A stretch of DNA of 64,000 nt from Candidatus Pacearchaeota archaeon (GTDB lineage: Archaea; Nanobdellota; Nanobdellia; Pacearchaeales; GW2011-AR1), in assembly GCA_050124795.1 (NCBI GenBank), contig JASFEO010000004.1:8943-72942 (forward strand), written 5' to 3'. The position numbers were made by a program, and so were the translations under genes. Positions 29,592-39,908 of this stretch are shown in pieces. Each line of letters begins with the position of its first letter. Positions within the stretch are counted from its first letter, which is position 1. The notes below the pieces were generated by a model. That model was not told the origin of the DNA. It did not search any database and saw nothing but the letters and a program-made list of their open reading frames with translations.

Positions 29592-30011
29592 ATGCAAAAG
29601 AAAAAAGTTGAAAAAAATAAAGAAAATAAAAAAGGAGTTGCAAGGATTATCCCGACATTTTCAACACCAAAAACAATCGGGGAAAAAACCTCAGACTGGC
29701 TCACAAAATGGGCAGGAAGCTGGGCATTCATAATAATATTCTTTTTATTCCTTGGCTTATGGATGGCAACAAGCGGCACAATAATTTTAAAATACATCAA
29801 AGGAAATTTAACAGACCCTTACCCATTTATCTTGCTTAATCTTGCTCTCTCATGTCTCGCAGCAATTCAGGCGCCAATAATTCTAATGAGCCAAAATCGG
29901 TCAAATCAAAGAGACAGACAAAGAGCAGAATATGACTATGCAGTAAACAGAAAATCTGAAAGAGAAATCCAGGAAATAAAAAAACTTCTTATGAATATGA
30001 AAAGAAAATAA
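29592..30011 (+). CDS. DUF1003 membrane protein
   Basis: GSWAFI, DPYPFILLNL.LS.LAAIQAPIILMSQNR. Confidence 0.93.
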   Translation: MQKKKVEKNKENKKGVARIIPTFSTPKTIGEKTSDWLTKWAGSWAFIIIFFLFLGLWMATSGTIILKYIKGNLTDPYPFILLNLALSCLAAIQAPIILMSQNRSNQRDRQRAEYDYAVNRKSEREIQEIKKLLMNMKRK

Positions 30012-30071
30012 TCCTTCTATAAAAATATTCAAAGAACATAAACTTTTAAAACAAAGACTAATATAAAATCA

Positions 30072-30998
30072 ATGGTTAATCTAATTAAAAAAATAATATT
30101 TACAAAATATCTAAATCTAAAAGGAATTCTTGACTTTCCAAAAACAGTTCTAATTGAAACAACAAATATCTGCCCATTAAATTGTATTACTTGCCCAAGA
30201 ATATTTATGAAAAGAAAAATCGGAATAATGAATTTTGACTTATTTAAAAAAATTATTAACGAATTAAAAACAAAAAAAATAAACCACATTACATTTCATT
30301 TATTCGGCGAACCTTTGGCAAAACCAGATCTCTTATTCAGGATGTTAGATTACACTCATAAAAAAATGCCAAAAACAACCCTTAGTTTTAGTGAAAATTG
30401 TGTCTTACTAAATAAGGAAAATTCAAAAAAAATTCTAGAATCTCCCCTAAATGAAATAACTCTCTCTCTTGATGGGGCAACAAAAAAAACATACGAAAAA
30501 ATAAGAGTAAACTCAAACTTTGAAAAAATAACAAAAAATGTTGAAGAATTTCTAAAACTAAAAAAACAATCAAATTCAAAATTAAAAGCAACTCTTCAAA
30601 TAATCAAAATGAATGAAACTGCAAAAGAAATTGATTTATTCAGGAAAAAATGGAAACCTTTGCTCGGGAAAAATGATAAAATCCTTGCCAAAGAATTCAC
30701 AACATTCGGAGGAATTGTCAAAGACAGAAGCATAAAATCATTAAAAAGAAAAATAAAAAGATATATTAGAAATTCCCTTCCTTGCCTAGCTTTATGGTCT
30801 GGAATAAATATTCAATGGAATGGAGATGTTGTCATTTGTTGTATGGATTGTGAAGGGCAAACAAAAATAGGGAACTGTAAAAAAAATACCTTAAAAGAAA
30901 TAATAAATGGAAAAAAAATGCAAAATCTTAGAAAAATGAATTTAAATCTTGAATTAAAAAAACTCCCCTTATGTAAAGGATGTTATAATTCTTTTTAA
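30072..30998 (+). CDS. radical SAM / SPASM protein
   Basis: CPLNCITC, GEP, SLDG, PC..W..G.V..CC.D, C-terminal CxxC. Confidence 0.92.
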   Translation: MVNLIKKIIFTKYLNLKGILDFPKTVLIETTNICPLNCITCPRIFMKRKIGIMNFDLFKKIINELKTKKINHITFHLFGEPLAKPDLLFRMLDYTHKKMPKTTLSFSENCVLLNKENSKKILESPLNEITLSLDGATKKTYEKIRVNSNFEKITKNVEEFLKLKKQSNSKLKATLQIIKMNETAKEIDLFRKKWKPLLGKNDKILAKEFTTFGGIVKDRSIKSLKRKIKRYIRNSLPCLALWSGINIQWNGDVVICCMDCEGQTKIGNCKKNTLKEIINGKKMQNLRKMNLNLELKKLPLCKGCYNSF

Positions 30999-30999
30999 A

Positions 31000-32118
31000 A
31001 TGAAAAAAAGGTTGCTTGAAATTTGCGGGATTTCTTCAGGCGCAGACGGAACCTGGACAAGAGTGCTTGAAGAAGCTAAAAGACTCTCAGAAGATTACGA
31101 AATATTAATTGTTTCTTCAAATTTAGAAAAAGGAAAACCAATTAAAAAAACTCAGGAAAAAATTGACAATATAAAAATAAAAAGATTTCCTGTAAAATTT
31201 AAAATAGGATATGCACTATGGTTCGATTTTGAAAAAGAAGCGATGAAATTTAAGCCGGATGTAATAATTGCCCATGGATTTAGAAAACCTTATTTAGAAT
31301 CAGCAATAAAAATAAAGAAAAAAATGAATGCAAAACTTTTTCTTGCCACACATGCGCCTTTTGTAGAAAAAAAATTAAGAAGCTGGAAACTAAATACAAT
31401 TATTTATTTCTATGACAAATTCCATGCCAAAAAAATTCTAAACTCTTTTGATAAAATATTTTCAATATCAAAGTGGGAAATTCCTTTCTTAATAAAAAAA
31501 GGTGCAAACAAAGATAAGATAAAATTCACTCCAAATGGAGTCTCAAAAGAAATGTTTCTCAAAGAAAAAAAAGCTAAAACAAAAAATGGGAAAATCCTTT
31601 TTTTTGGAAGAATTGACCCAATAAAAGATATAGAAACTTTAATTAAAGCACTTTCAAAAGTAAAAGAAAAATACACTCTTGATATCACAGGACCGGGAGA
31701 AGAAAGGTATATTACAAAACTAAAAGAAATAGCATCAAAGCTTAATGTCAAGGTAGAGTTTAATCCTCCAGTATATAAATTAGAAGATAAAATTAAAAAA
31801 ATAGATTCTGCAGAGATCTTTGTATTGCCAAGCAAAAGTGAAGGAGCAGGAATTGCCTTAATTGAAGCAATGGCAAGAGGAAAATTATGTATCGCAAGTA
31901 AAGCCAATGGTCCTTCAGAATTAATTGAGGACAAAAAAACAGGTTTTTTATTTGATATCGGAAATGAAAAAGAACTTGCAGAAAAAATATCTTTTTGTCT
32001 AAAAAATAAAAACTCAGATAAAATAAAAAGTATGCAAAAAAGGGTAAAAGAGTATGCAAAAAAATATTCTTGGGATAAAATTATTGACAGGTTGAAAAAA
32101 GAAATCAATTTATCTTGA
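31000..32118 (+). CDS. GT4 family glycosyltransferase
   Basis: PNG, FGRI...K, LPS..EG.GI..IEAM. Confidence 0.92.
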   Translation: MKKRLLEICGISSGADGTWTRVLEEAKRLSEDYEILIVSSNLEKGKPIKKTQEKIDNIKIKRFPVKFKIGYALWFDFEKEAMKFKPDVIIAHGFRKPYLESAIKIKKKMNAKLFLATHAPFVEKKLRSWKLNTIIYFYDKFHAKKILNSFDKIFSISKWEIPFLIKKGANKDKIKFTPNGVSKEMFLKEKKAKTKNGKILFFGRIDPIKDIETLIKALSKVKEKYTLDITGPGEERYITKLKEIASKLNVKVEFNPPVYKLEDKIKKIDSAEIFVLPSKSEGAGIALIEAMARGKLCIASKANGPSELIEDKKTGFLFDIGNEKELAEKISFCLKNKNSDKIKSMQKRVKEYAKKYSWDKIIDRLKKEINLS

Positions 32119-32503
32119 TGACATTTCCTTCTAAATCAAGCTCAATAAAATGTTTAACATTTCCATTTTTGTATTCTTCACATTGGTTTTCTTCTAAATC
32201 ATCTTCTTGTATTCGAGGAACATGCACAATATCAATTGCATAGTTTTCAACTGTTCCTAAACATTGACTTGAAAAGTTCATTCCTTCTTCAGCTTTTTCA
32301 TAATAAAGTTTCATCGCGCCCAAAATCAATTCTTGTTGCTCAACTGCCTCTTCAGTTATCTTTGCAGGACTTCCATGTTCAACATAAAGCCCATTTTCAT
32401 CTTTTATCCAAGTGTCCTCTGGCCCTCCAAAAATAAACCTAACAGCAAGCAAAACTAAAAGTAAAAAAATTACTCCAATTATAACATATGATATTTTTTT
32501 CAT
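32105..32503 (-). CDS. membrane-anchored hypothetical protein
   Basis: N-terminal TM, EDTWI...G..V.HG.P; follows gatD. Confidence 0.7.
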   Translation of the reverse strand: MKKISYVIIGVIFLLLVLLAVRFIFGGPEDTWIKDENGLYVEHGSPAKITEEAVEQQELILGAMKLYYEKAEEGMNFSSQCLGTVENYAIDIVHVPRIQEDDLEENQCEEYKNGNVKHFIELDLEGNVIKIN

Positions 32504-32506
32504 TTT

Positions 32507-33787
32507 CTATTCCTCTAACCTATCATTTAATTCCCCTGCAACATTCTCAAGCATTTTCTCTTTAACTTTCTCCTTATCCTTTGCCCAATCTTTATGTCCA
32601 AGAACCCAGCCCAATTTCACAAATGCAGTCTCCCCCAACATGTCTTCTAAATAAATAACTCCTGTCGCCATTAATTCACGACCCGCAGAATATACATAAG
32701 GATCTAATCTTCCAAAAATAGTCTGGGCAGCTGCGCAAACAACAATTCCCTTATCCTGGACTTCCTTTAATTTCTTAACCCACGAATTTCTCGAGCCTGA
32801 TGTTGCAATCTGCCCGATCCCTGCAAACTCAATAACAATCCCCTTATATTTTTTATCAAGATAATAATCAAGAATTTCCGGGTCCTGACCAGGATAAAAT
32901 TTTACCAAAGCAACTTTCTCTTCAAATTTATTATCAACCTTAACCTTTCCTTTTTTCCTTGTCTTATAATGCGACATAACTTCAATTCCACTCGGCATAA
33001 CTTTTGCAAAAGGTTTTGAATTCACAACTCGAAACGCATCCCTACGGGAAGAATGCATTTTTCTCACCTTTGTCCCGGGCATTGCATAACAGAATTCATC
33101 ATTACTATCTGCATGACCAACTAACATAACTTCAGCTATATCTGAAACAGCAGCAACTGCAGAACAAAGTAAATTCAAATTCGCATCAGAACTTGCCCGG
33201 TCAATACTTCTCTGTGAATAAGTTAAAACAACCGGCTTATTCAAATCTCTTAAAAAAAACGAAAGTGCCGACGCTGTGTAATGCAAAAAATCAGTTCCAT
33301 GAGTAATAATCAATCCCTGCACATTTGTTTCATTAAGAAGTTTCTCAGCTAACTTTGCAATCTTTTGCCAATCCTTAAAATCCATATTTTCTGAAAACTT
33401 CATAAATGGGATTTCAACTTTTATTACATTTACTTTTTCAAACAATTCAGGGTAAAACCTAAACAAACTTTCAGGACTATCCAACGGATGAACCCCTCCG
33501 GTCTTTGGATCATAACGCGACGCAATTGTCCCGCCGGTGATAATCATCGCAACATTCGGCTTTTTAGAATCTTTTTTAATTTCTAATTTTTCTTTTTTAT
33601 CTTCAACCTTGCCGATAAATTTAATTTCCAAAATATCTTTTTTACGTAATCCAATATTATAACCAGAATCAAGTTTCAAAAGAATAATCCCTTTCTCGTC
33701 CTCAGGCGCCTCTAACAAGATTCCCTCATACTCTGTCTTTGGCATAACAACTTTCACCTTGTCGCCGGGAGCAGCTTTTTGTTTCAT
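32507..33787 (-). CDS. gatD: Glu-tRNA(Gln) amidotransferase subunit D
   Basis: KLDSGYNIG, TGGTIASR, HGTD, QRS.DR.SSD, RKMHSSRRDAF. Confidence 0.96.
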   Translation of the reverse strand: MKQKAAPGDKVKVVMPKTEYEGILLEAPEDEKGIILLKLDSGYNIGLRKKDILEIKFIGKVEDKKEKLEIKKDSKKPNVAMIITGGTIASRYDPKTGGVHPLDSPESLFRFYPELFEKVNVIKVEIPFMKFSENMDFKDWQKIAKLAEKLLNETNVQGLIITHGTDFLHYTASALSFFLRDLNKPVVLTYSQRSIDRASSDANLNLLCSAVAAVSDIAEVMLVGHADSNDEFCYAMPGTKVRKMHSSRRDAFRVVNSKPFAKVMPSGIEVMSHYKTRKKGKVKVDNKFEEKVALVKFYPGQDPEILDYYLDKKYKGIVIEFAGIGQIATSGSRNSWVKKLKEVQDKGIVVCAAAQTIFGRLDPYVYSAGRELMATGVIYLEDMLGETAFVKLGWVLGHKDWAKDKEKVKEKMLENVAGELNDRLEE

Positions 33788-33918
33788 AAATAAAGAAGAA
33801 TTTGTTGGTATAAAAATTTAATGAATTTATCTAATTAATTCAATACAAAAATAAATTAATTTCTCAATAGTAGTTACAAAATAGAAAACTTTAAAAACCA
33901 AAATTTATCTTTATTTTT

Positions 33919-34323
33919 ATGAAAAATAATAGATTAACTTATAGAGAAAGAAGAGAATTTCTAAAATATGGTCTCGTAGCAATAGCTTCTATCGGGGCAG
34001 CTGTTTCAGGAATTAGTTCCGCAGGAATAAAAGATTGGGCAAAAAAAGAAAATGAAAAATTAAATAAAGAATCTTATAAGAAATTAATCAAAATAGTTTG
34101 CGGTGAGAAAAATATAGATGTTATTCCTTCAAGAGGTTGGCAGTTTTATGCACAAGAAAAACTCAATGAAAATCCTTGGCTAAATAATTATACTAATCCA
34201 AGAGAACTTGGAGAGTTTTATAAAACATTTAATGGAGGAGTGGAACCTTCAATAAAAAACAGAATAATAAAAGAACCTCTTTTCAAAAATCCAAAAACAG
34301 GAATTTGTGAAAAAAGAGAATAA
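33919..34323 (+). CDS. exported hypothetical protein with twin-Arg-like leader
   Basis: RREFLK followed by a hydrophobic stretch. Confidence 0.6.
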   Translation: MKNNRLTYRERREFLKYGLVAIASIGAAVSGISSAGIKDWAKKENEKLNKESYKKLIKIVCGEKNIDVIPSRGWQFYAQEKLNENPWLNNYTNPRELGEFYKTFNGGVEPSIKNRIIKEPLFKNPKTGICEKRE

Positions 34324-34368
34324 TAATTCTAAAGACAAATATTTAAACTCTAAATTTCTAATTTTCCT

Positions 34369-34440
34369 AGGCCGGTCGTTCAATGGATAGGATACCAGGT
34401 TTCGGCCCTGTTGATGGGGGTTCGACTCCCTCCCGGCCTG
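34369..34440 (+). tRNA. tRNA-Arg(TCG), no encoded CCA
   Basis: Acceptor AGGCCGG/CCGGCCT plus G73, anticodon loop TT-TCG-GC, T-arm GGGGG-TTCGACT-CCCTC; TTTAAA at 34342. Confidence 0.88.
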
Positions 34441-34545
34441 TAAAAATGGGTGAGAACCCCGGGTTCGATGAGCGATTTCGTGGTAGAATCATAATCCCAG
34501 TTGATTCGTGCGAGGTCGCGAACTTCCCTCCCGGCCTGTAAAAAT
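34427..34545 (+). repeat. 21-bp direct repeat of the tRNA-Arg 3' end; second copy preceded by an intron-like hairpin
   Basis: TCCCTCCCGGCCTGTAAAAAT at 34427-34447 and 34525-34545. Confidence 0.9.
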
Positions 34546-34548
34546 AAG

Positions 34549-35235
34549 ATGGTGAATTATCAATATACATATTTAATTGGAGTTGGAATTTATTTTGTAA
34601 TATGGCTTCTACTTTTTATCAAAAGAAAAGATACCAGAAAAGAAATGCTAATAATTTCATTATTATTTGGTTTAATAGGGCCACTCGTAGAAACAATTCA
34701 TATTAAAGATTGGTGGAAACCTTTAACAATCACAAACACCCCAATAGGCATTGAAGATTTTTTATTCGGATTTTTTATCGGTGGGGCAGCTTCGGTGATA
34801 TACCTTCACCTATTTAATAAAAAAATAAGAAAAAAAGATTCTAAAATTAATTTAAAGTTTAATTACTCAATACCTTTTTTATTGGCGACAACTCTTTTCT
34901 TTGGAAGTTTTTTCATTTTCAAATTAAATACATTTATCTCTTCTCTAATAGCATTAATCATCCCGATATTATTAATTTATTATTTTAGAAAAGATTTAAT
35001 AAAAAATTCTATAATTTCCGGGATTTTAATATGGATTGTTATGATTGTTGGGTACACAATTTTGGATTTGATAACTCCTGGATTCTTTGAAAAATTTTGG
35101 TATTTTGAAAATATCGGCAAAATAATGTTTTTAAAAATTCCATTAGAAGAACATATCTGGTTTTTCCTGGCCGGAGCATTCATTGGTCCGCTTTATGAAT
35201 ATTGGCAAGAAGCAAAATTAGTTAATGCAAAATAA
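34549..35235 (+). CDS. lycopene-cyclase-domain membrane protein
   Basis: Duplicated PIGIEDFLF / IPLEEHIWF motifs, multiple TMs; likely ATG at 34549. Confidence 0.7.
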   Translation: MVNYQYTYLIGVGIYFVIWLLLFIKRKDTRKEMLIISLLFGLIGPLVETIHIKDWWKPLTITNTPIGIEDFLFGFFIGGAASVIYLHLFNKKIRKKDSKINLKFNYSIPFLLATTLFFGSFFIFKLNTFISSLIALIIPILLIYYFRKDLIKNSIISGILIWIVMIVGYTILDLITPGFFEKFWYFENIGKIMFLKIPLEEHIWFFLAGAFIGPLYEYWQEAKLVNAK

Positions 35236-35283
35236 AACAAAACTACAACTTCTAACCTAAAACTAAAAACAGCGAAGCTATTT

Positions 35284-36777
35284 TTACCTGTTATAATTCG
35301 GAGCAGCCTTTGTAATCAAAACATCATGCGGATGAGACTCACTAAGCCCTGCTCCTGTGATTCTGTCAAAGTCACCTTTTTCCTTTAATTCTTCAATTGA
35401 TTTTGCTCCAACATAACCCATTCCGCGTCGAAGACCTCCGACATACTGAAAAATAACATCTTTTAATTTTCCTTTGTAAGGAGTCAGACCTTCAATACCC
35501 TCTGGGATTAATTTATCTTTGCCGGATTCCTTTTGATTGTATCTTTCTCTTGACCCGGAATTTTCTTCCATTGCGCCCATTGAACCCATGCCGCGATAAC
35601 TTTTCCATTGCCTGCCGTCCTTAAAAATAACTTTCCCGGGTGACTCATCTGTTCCTGACAATAAACTTCCCATCATTACTGAACTTGCGCCTGCTCCAAT
35701 TGCAACTGAAATGTCTCCTGAATTTTTTATTCCTCCATCAGCGCAAACAGGAATATTAAATTCTTGAACTTGTTTTGCACAATCATAAACTGCTGAAACC
35801 TGCGGCCGACCAATTCCTGCAATAATTCTCGTCGTGCAAATTGAACCAGGTCCCTGCCCAACTTTTATCCCGTCTGCTCCGGCTTCAGCCAATCTCCTTG
35901 CAGATTTACCAACAGAAACATTTCCAACAACAACATCCAAATCAGGAAAAAGTTTTTTTATTTTTTTCAATGTTTCATAAACAGGCAATGAATCTCCATG
36001 AGCGGTATCAATAACAACAACGTCAATATTTTTCCTAAACAATTCTTTTGTTCTCTCTATTGCTTCCTCGCCTGTCCCGATTGCAGCGCCAACTCTTAAC
36101 TGATTATTGGAATCAACATTATAGTTTTTAGCGCTACCTGTTTTTATCCTCTTTAAATCACTAAAAACATAAAGCCCCACAATCTTTTTGTCCTCAACCA
36201 AAGGCAAAACCTTTTTTTTATTTTTTATCATAATCTTGTATGCCTCATCAAGAGAAGTATCTTTTGGGGCAATAAGAAGTTCATTTGACATCAGGTCTTT
36301 AGCAAAAAGTTTTTTATCCTCGCAAAATTCAAAATCATTTCCAGTTAAAATCCCAACAAGTTCCTCATCACTATTTACAATTGGAAAACTGGTGAATCCA
36401 AAACCTTTCTCACGAATATTCCTCAGAATAAATTCAATTGAATCATCCTCATGAAAACAAATTGGTTTTTCAACTAATCCATTCAAATGAAACTTGACTT
36501 TTGCAACCTGGGCAGCCTGTTCTTCAATTGACAAATTCTTATGAATAATCCCAAGGCCTCCGAGTTTTGCAAGTTCAATTGCCATTTTCCCCTCAGTCAC
36601 AGTATCCATTGCAGCTGAAACAATTGGAATTTTCAAACTAACATTTTTTGAAAACCTTGAATCAAGAGAAACCAAATCAGGCATGACTGCAGAATAACCA
36701 GACTTTAACCGAACGTCGTCATAAGTAAGCGCAACACCATTTTTACTGGCTTCTTCAAGAACTTTTTTTCCTTCCAT
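35284..36777 (-). CDS. guaB: IMP dehydrogenase with CBS domains
   Basis: [38 protein letters not shown]. Confidence 0.97.
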   Translation of the reverse strand: MEGKKVLEEASKNGVALTYDDVRLKSGYSAVMPDLVSLDSRFSKNVSLKIPIVSAAMDTVTEGKMAIELAKLGGLGIIHKNLSIEEQAAQVAKVKFHLNGLVEKPICFHEDDSIEFILRNIREKGFGFTSFPIVNSDEELVGILTGNDFEFCEDKKLFAKDLMSNELLIAPKDTSLDEAYKIMIKNKKKVLPLVEDKKIVGLYVFSDLKRIKTGSAKNYNVDSNNQLRVGAAIGTGEEAIERTKELFRKNIDVVVIDTAHGDSLPVYETLKKIKKLFPDLDVVVGNVSVGKSARRLAEAGADGIKVGQGPGSICTTRIIAGIGRPQVSAVYDCAKQVQEFNIPVCADGGIKNSGDISVAIGAGASSVMMGSLLSGTDESPGKVIFKDGRQWKSYRGMGSMGAMEENSGSRERYNQKESGKDKLIPEGIEGLTPYKGKLKDVIFQYVGGLRRGMGYVGAKSIEELKEKGDFDRITGAGLSESHPHDVLITKAAPNYNR

Positions 36778-36879
36778 AATTAATAACTAAAAAATCCTTT
36801 TTTAATCCTTTTGGTCAAATAAAACTTTATCCACAACTCTTAAAAATAATATTTCCCTTTTCTTATAAAAGGTGATATC

Positions 36880-37752
36880 ATGGCATTAAAAAGACACCAC
36901 AAAATCATGATTGGAAGTTTCTCGACTTTATTAATTATAGTTTTAATTTCAAACACAGTTTTTATTTATTTTTTATACGCACAATTGCAAATTTCAAATA
37001 ACAATCTTGAAAAAGAAATCAAAGGAATTGAAGCAGACACACAAAGCAAAATAAATGAACTCACAACAAACTTAATTGAAACAAAAGAATCTTTAAGTAA
37101 AATTGACACCTCACTAAGCGACCTCGACGAATCTTTAAACTTGCAAATAAATAAATTAAAAGCCTCAAGTGATGACTTTTCAGGAATAGTTGAAGACGCT
37201 GTGCATTCAGTTGTCACAATCAGAACCGATGTGGGACAGGGAACAGGATTTATAATTTCAGACAATGGATATGTTGTAACAAATGCCCATGTGTTGTCAG
37301 GAGGGAGCAGAGTTTCTGCAATAACTTATAATCAGAAAACAATAAATGCAGATTTCATTGGATATGACTCTGACTTTGATATTGCACTATTAAAAATCTC
37401 AGGCTCTTACTCCCCCTTAGAAATTGGAGACTCTGATGATGTTTCTGTCGGACAAAAAGTAATTGCAATAGGAAATCCATTGGGCTTGCAATTCTCAGTT
37501 TCAGAAGGAATAGTCTCAGCAATTCACAGACCCGGAATAAATTCAATTGAAGCCTATATACAAACCGACGCTGCCCTAAACCCCGGAAACTCAGGAGGAC
37601 CATTAATCAACAAGAACGGAGAAGTAATTGGAATAAATAATTTCAAAGTCGGCGACGGAGAAAGTTTAGGTTTTGCACTTGAATCAAATTACATAATCAG
37701 TGCAGTTAACACAATTGCAGGGGAAGAGTTGAATCAGACTTTGATACAATAA
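36880..37752 (+). CDS. membrane-anchored HtrA/trypsin-like serine protease lacking PDZ
   Basis: TNAHV, DIALL, GNPLG, QTDAALNPGNSGGPL; N-terminal TM and coiled coil. Confidence 0.92.
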   Translation: MALKRHHKIMIGSFSTLLIIVLISNTVFIYFLYAQLQISNNNLEKEIKGIEADTQSKINELTTNLIETKESLSKIDTSLSDLDESLNLQINKLKASSDDFSGIVEDAVHSVVTIRTDVGQGTGFIISDNGYVVTNAHVLSGGSRVSAITYNQKTINADFIGYDSDFDIALLKISGSYSPLEIGDSDDVSVGQKVIAIGNPLGLQFSVSEGIVSAIHRPGINSIEAYIQTDAALNPGNSGGPLINKNGEVIGINNFKVGDGESLGFALESNYIISAVNTIAGEELNQTLIQ

Positions 37753-37782
37753 TTTTAAATACATCTCTCAATTCTTTTCTTT

Positions 37783-39234
37783 ATGAATAAAAAAAATGAA
37801 AAAGCAATAACTGTGAAAAAAAATGAAAACTTTTCAGAGTGGTTTACAGAGGTAATTCAGAAATGTGAACTTGCTGATATTCGTTATAATGTAAAAGGAT
37901 TTTTAGTTTTCCAGCCCTGGTCAGTTTTAGCAATGGAAAAAATGTATGACTATCTTGAAAAAGCATTGCAAAAAAAAGGACACAAGCCTTATTGGTTTCC
38001 AACAGTTATCCCCGAAGGAAATTTCAAAAAAGAATCTTCGCATGTTAAAGGATTTACTCCTGAAGTTTTCTGGATAACAAAAGGCGGAACAAAAAAATTA
38101 GAAGAACCCCTTGCATTAAGACCAACAAGTGAAACTGCATTTTACCAAATGTTTAATTTATGGATTCGTTCTTACAAAGACTTGCCATTTAAAACTTATC
38201 AGAGAGGTAGTGTCTTTAGGCATGAAACAAAAGCAACAAGACCATTTTTAAGAACCAGGGAAATAAAATGGATTGAAACTCATTGTGTTCACGCAACTGA
38301 AGAAAACGCATTTAATCAGGCAAAAGAAGACATGAACACAACTTATGAAGTTCTGCATGATATGTTTGGAATTCCAGTAATAGTTTTTGAGCGGCCTGAG
38401 TGGGACAAATTTCCAGGAGCACACAGAACTTTTGCAGCAGATGCACTAAACCCCGACGGTAAAGTAATCCAGCAGCCTTCAACTCATATGATTTCACAAA
38501 ACTTTGCAGAAGCATTTGATATAAAATATAAAGACAAAGACGGCGAAGAAAAATTAGCATGGCTGACTTGCTATGGTCCTGCAGTCTCCAGAATTTTCGC
38601 AAGCGTAATAATAACTCATGGAGATAACAAAGGATTAAAATTCCCATGGGGAATTGCGCCAGTGCAGGTTGCAATTGTTCCAATAAAAAATGACAAAAAA
38701 ATAATTTCAAAAGCAAAAAGTTTAAAGAAAAAAATAGAAAAATTTGCAAGTGTTGAAATTGATTATTCAGAAAAAAGCCCTGGTGAAAAATTTAATTTTT
38801 GGGAAATGAAAGGAGTTCCAATACGTTTAGACATCGGTCCAAAGGACTTAGAAAAAAACCAAATAACAGTTTTCCGTCGTGACTTAGACAAAAAAGAAAC
38901 AATAAAAGAAAAAGACTTAATAAAAGAAATTAAAAAAATTGCAAAAGAAACAACTCAGAATTTAATTGAATCTGCAGACAAGGTTTTTGAAGGGAGAATA
39001 AAAAATACAAAAAATTTAGAAGAAATAAAAAAAGCAATTAAACAAGGTGCAATTGCTCGCTGTGAATTCTGTTCAGTAAATAAAAACGGAATTCCATGCG
39101 CAGAAATAATTGAAAAACAAGTTGGAGCAGAAGTCAGAGGAACCAGGTTAGACGAAAAAGAAAAAGCAAGTGGTAAATGCGCAATATGTGGTGAAGAAGC
39201 AAAAGAAATTGTTTACATTGCTAAGAGTTATTAA
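37783..39234 (+). CDS. proS: prolyl-tRNA synthetase (archaeal/eukaryal type)
   Basis: LRPTSET, FRHETK.TRPFLR, HGD..GL, C-terminal AKSY. Confidence 0.97.
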   Translation: MNKKNEKAITVKKNENFSEWFTEVIQKCELADIRYNVKGFLVFQPWSVLAMEKMYDYLEKALQKKGHKPYWFPTVIPEGNFKKESSHVKGFTPEVFWITKGGTKKLEEPLALRPTSETAFYQMFNLWIRSYKDLPFKTYQRGSVFRHETKATRPFLRTREIKWIETHCVHATEENAFNQAKEDMNTTYEVLHDMFGIPVIVFERPEWDKFPGAHRTFAADALNPDGKVIQQPSTHMISQNFAEAFDIKYKDKDGEEKLAWLTCYGPAVSRIFASVIITHGDNKGLKFPWGIAPVQVAIVPIKNDKKIISKAKSLKKKIEKFASVEIDYSEKSPGEKFNFWEMKGVPIRLDIGPKDLEKNQITVFRRDLDKKETIKEKDLIKEIKKIAKETTQNLIESADKVFEGRIKNTKNLEEIKKAIKQGAIARCEFCSVNKNGIPCAEIIEKQVGAEVRGTRLDEKEKASGKCAICGEEAKEIVYIAKSY

Positions 39235-39908
39235 ACAGCTTCGCTATATTTTTGTTTATCTAACTAAAACATTTTTCTCTTTGAAGGTTTGTAGTCAATA
39301 AACCGATTCAAAAACATGTAAAAAGTCTCATACAATTTCTTAGGATCTCCAATTTTTCCAAAACAAGATTTTAATTTCGCATTATTTATTTCCCTTGATA
39401 ATCCTCGAAGATTTTTACTGGATGAAGATAATTTAATCTTAAAATCATCACCTAACTCTTTCATAATTTCATTAACAAAAAACACTTTTTAAAAACTTAT
39501 AGAATAAACTATAAAATAGAGCATACTAATTAGTAGAGAAATTTCTCTTTACGAAAACTATTCTTCATCCCTTATCATTGAATGCAGCTCATCTTCAAGT
39601 CGAAGAGTGAATTCCATTAAGCTGCTTAATTCTTCTTCTACCATTTTATTTTCCATTTCTTTTTTGCTCATTTTTTTGATAATTCATGAGTATCCCCCCC
39701 GAATAAACTTTTAGAAGTCTTGTTTAATTCAGGTTTGGATTTAACTCTGAATTAAACTCGTGTTGGTTTAATTGAAGCATAGACTAAACCAAAGCAATTT
39801 TTCCATTCCCCTAGTTTCAGTCTTTTTTCCATATCCTAAAAAATTATTTTCCCTTTTTATATCTTTTGTTTTTGATTTGTAACTTTTTACTGACGACAAA
39901 ATTAATTT

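Noticed and set aside
31410-32108. 232-aa minus-strand ORF and the many other F/L/S/I-rich overlapping ORFs in the track
   Set aside because: Antisense shadows of A-rich genes, without motifs
39264-39833. Several short minus-strand ORFs after proS
   Set aside because: No recognisable motif and they cannot be joined convincingly; possibly decayed DNA
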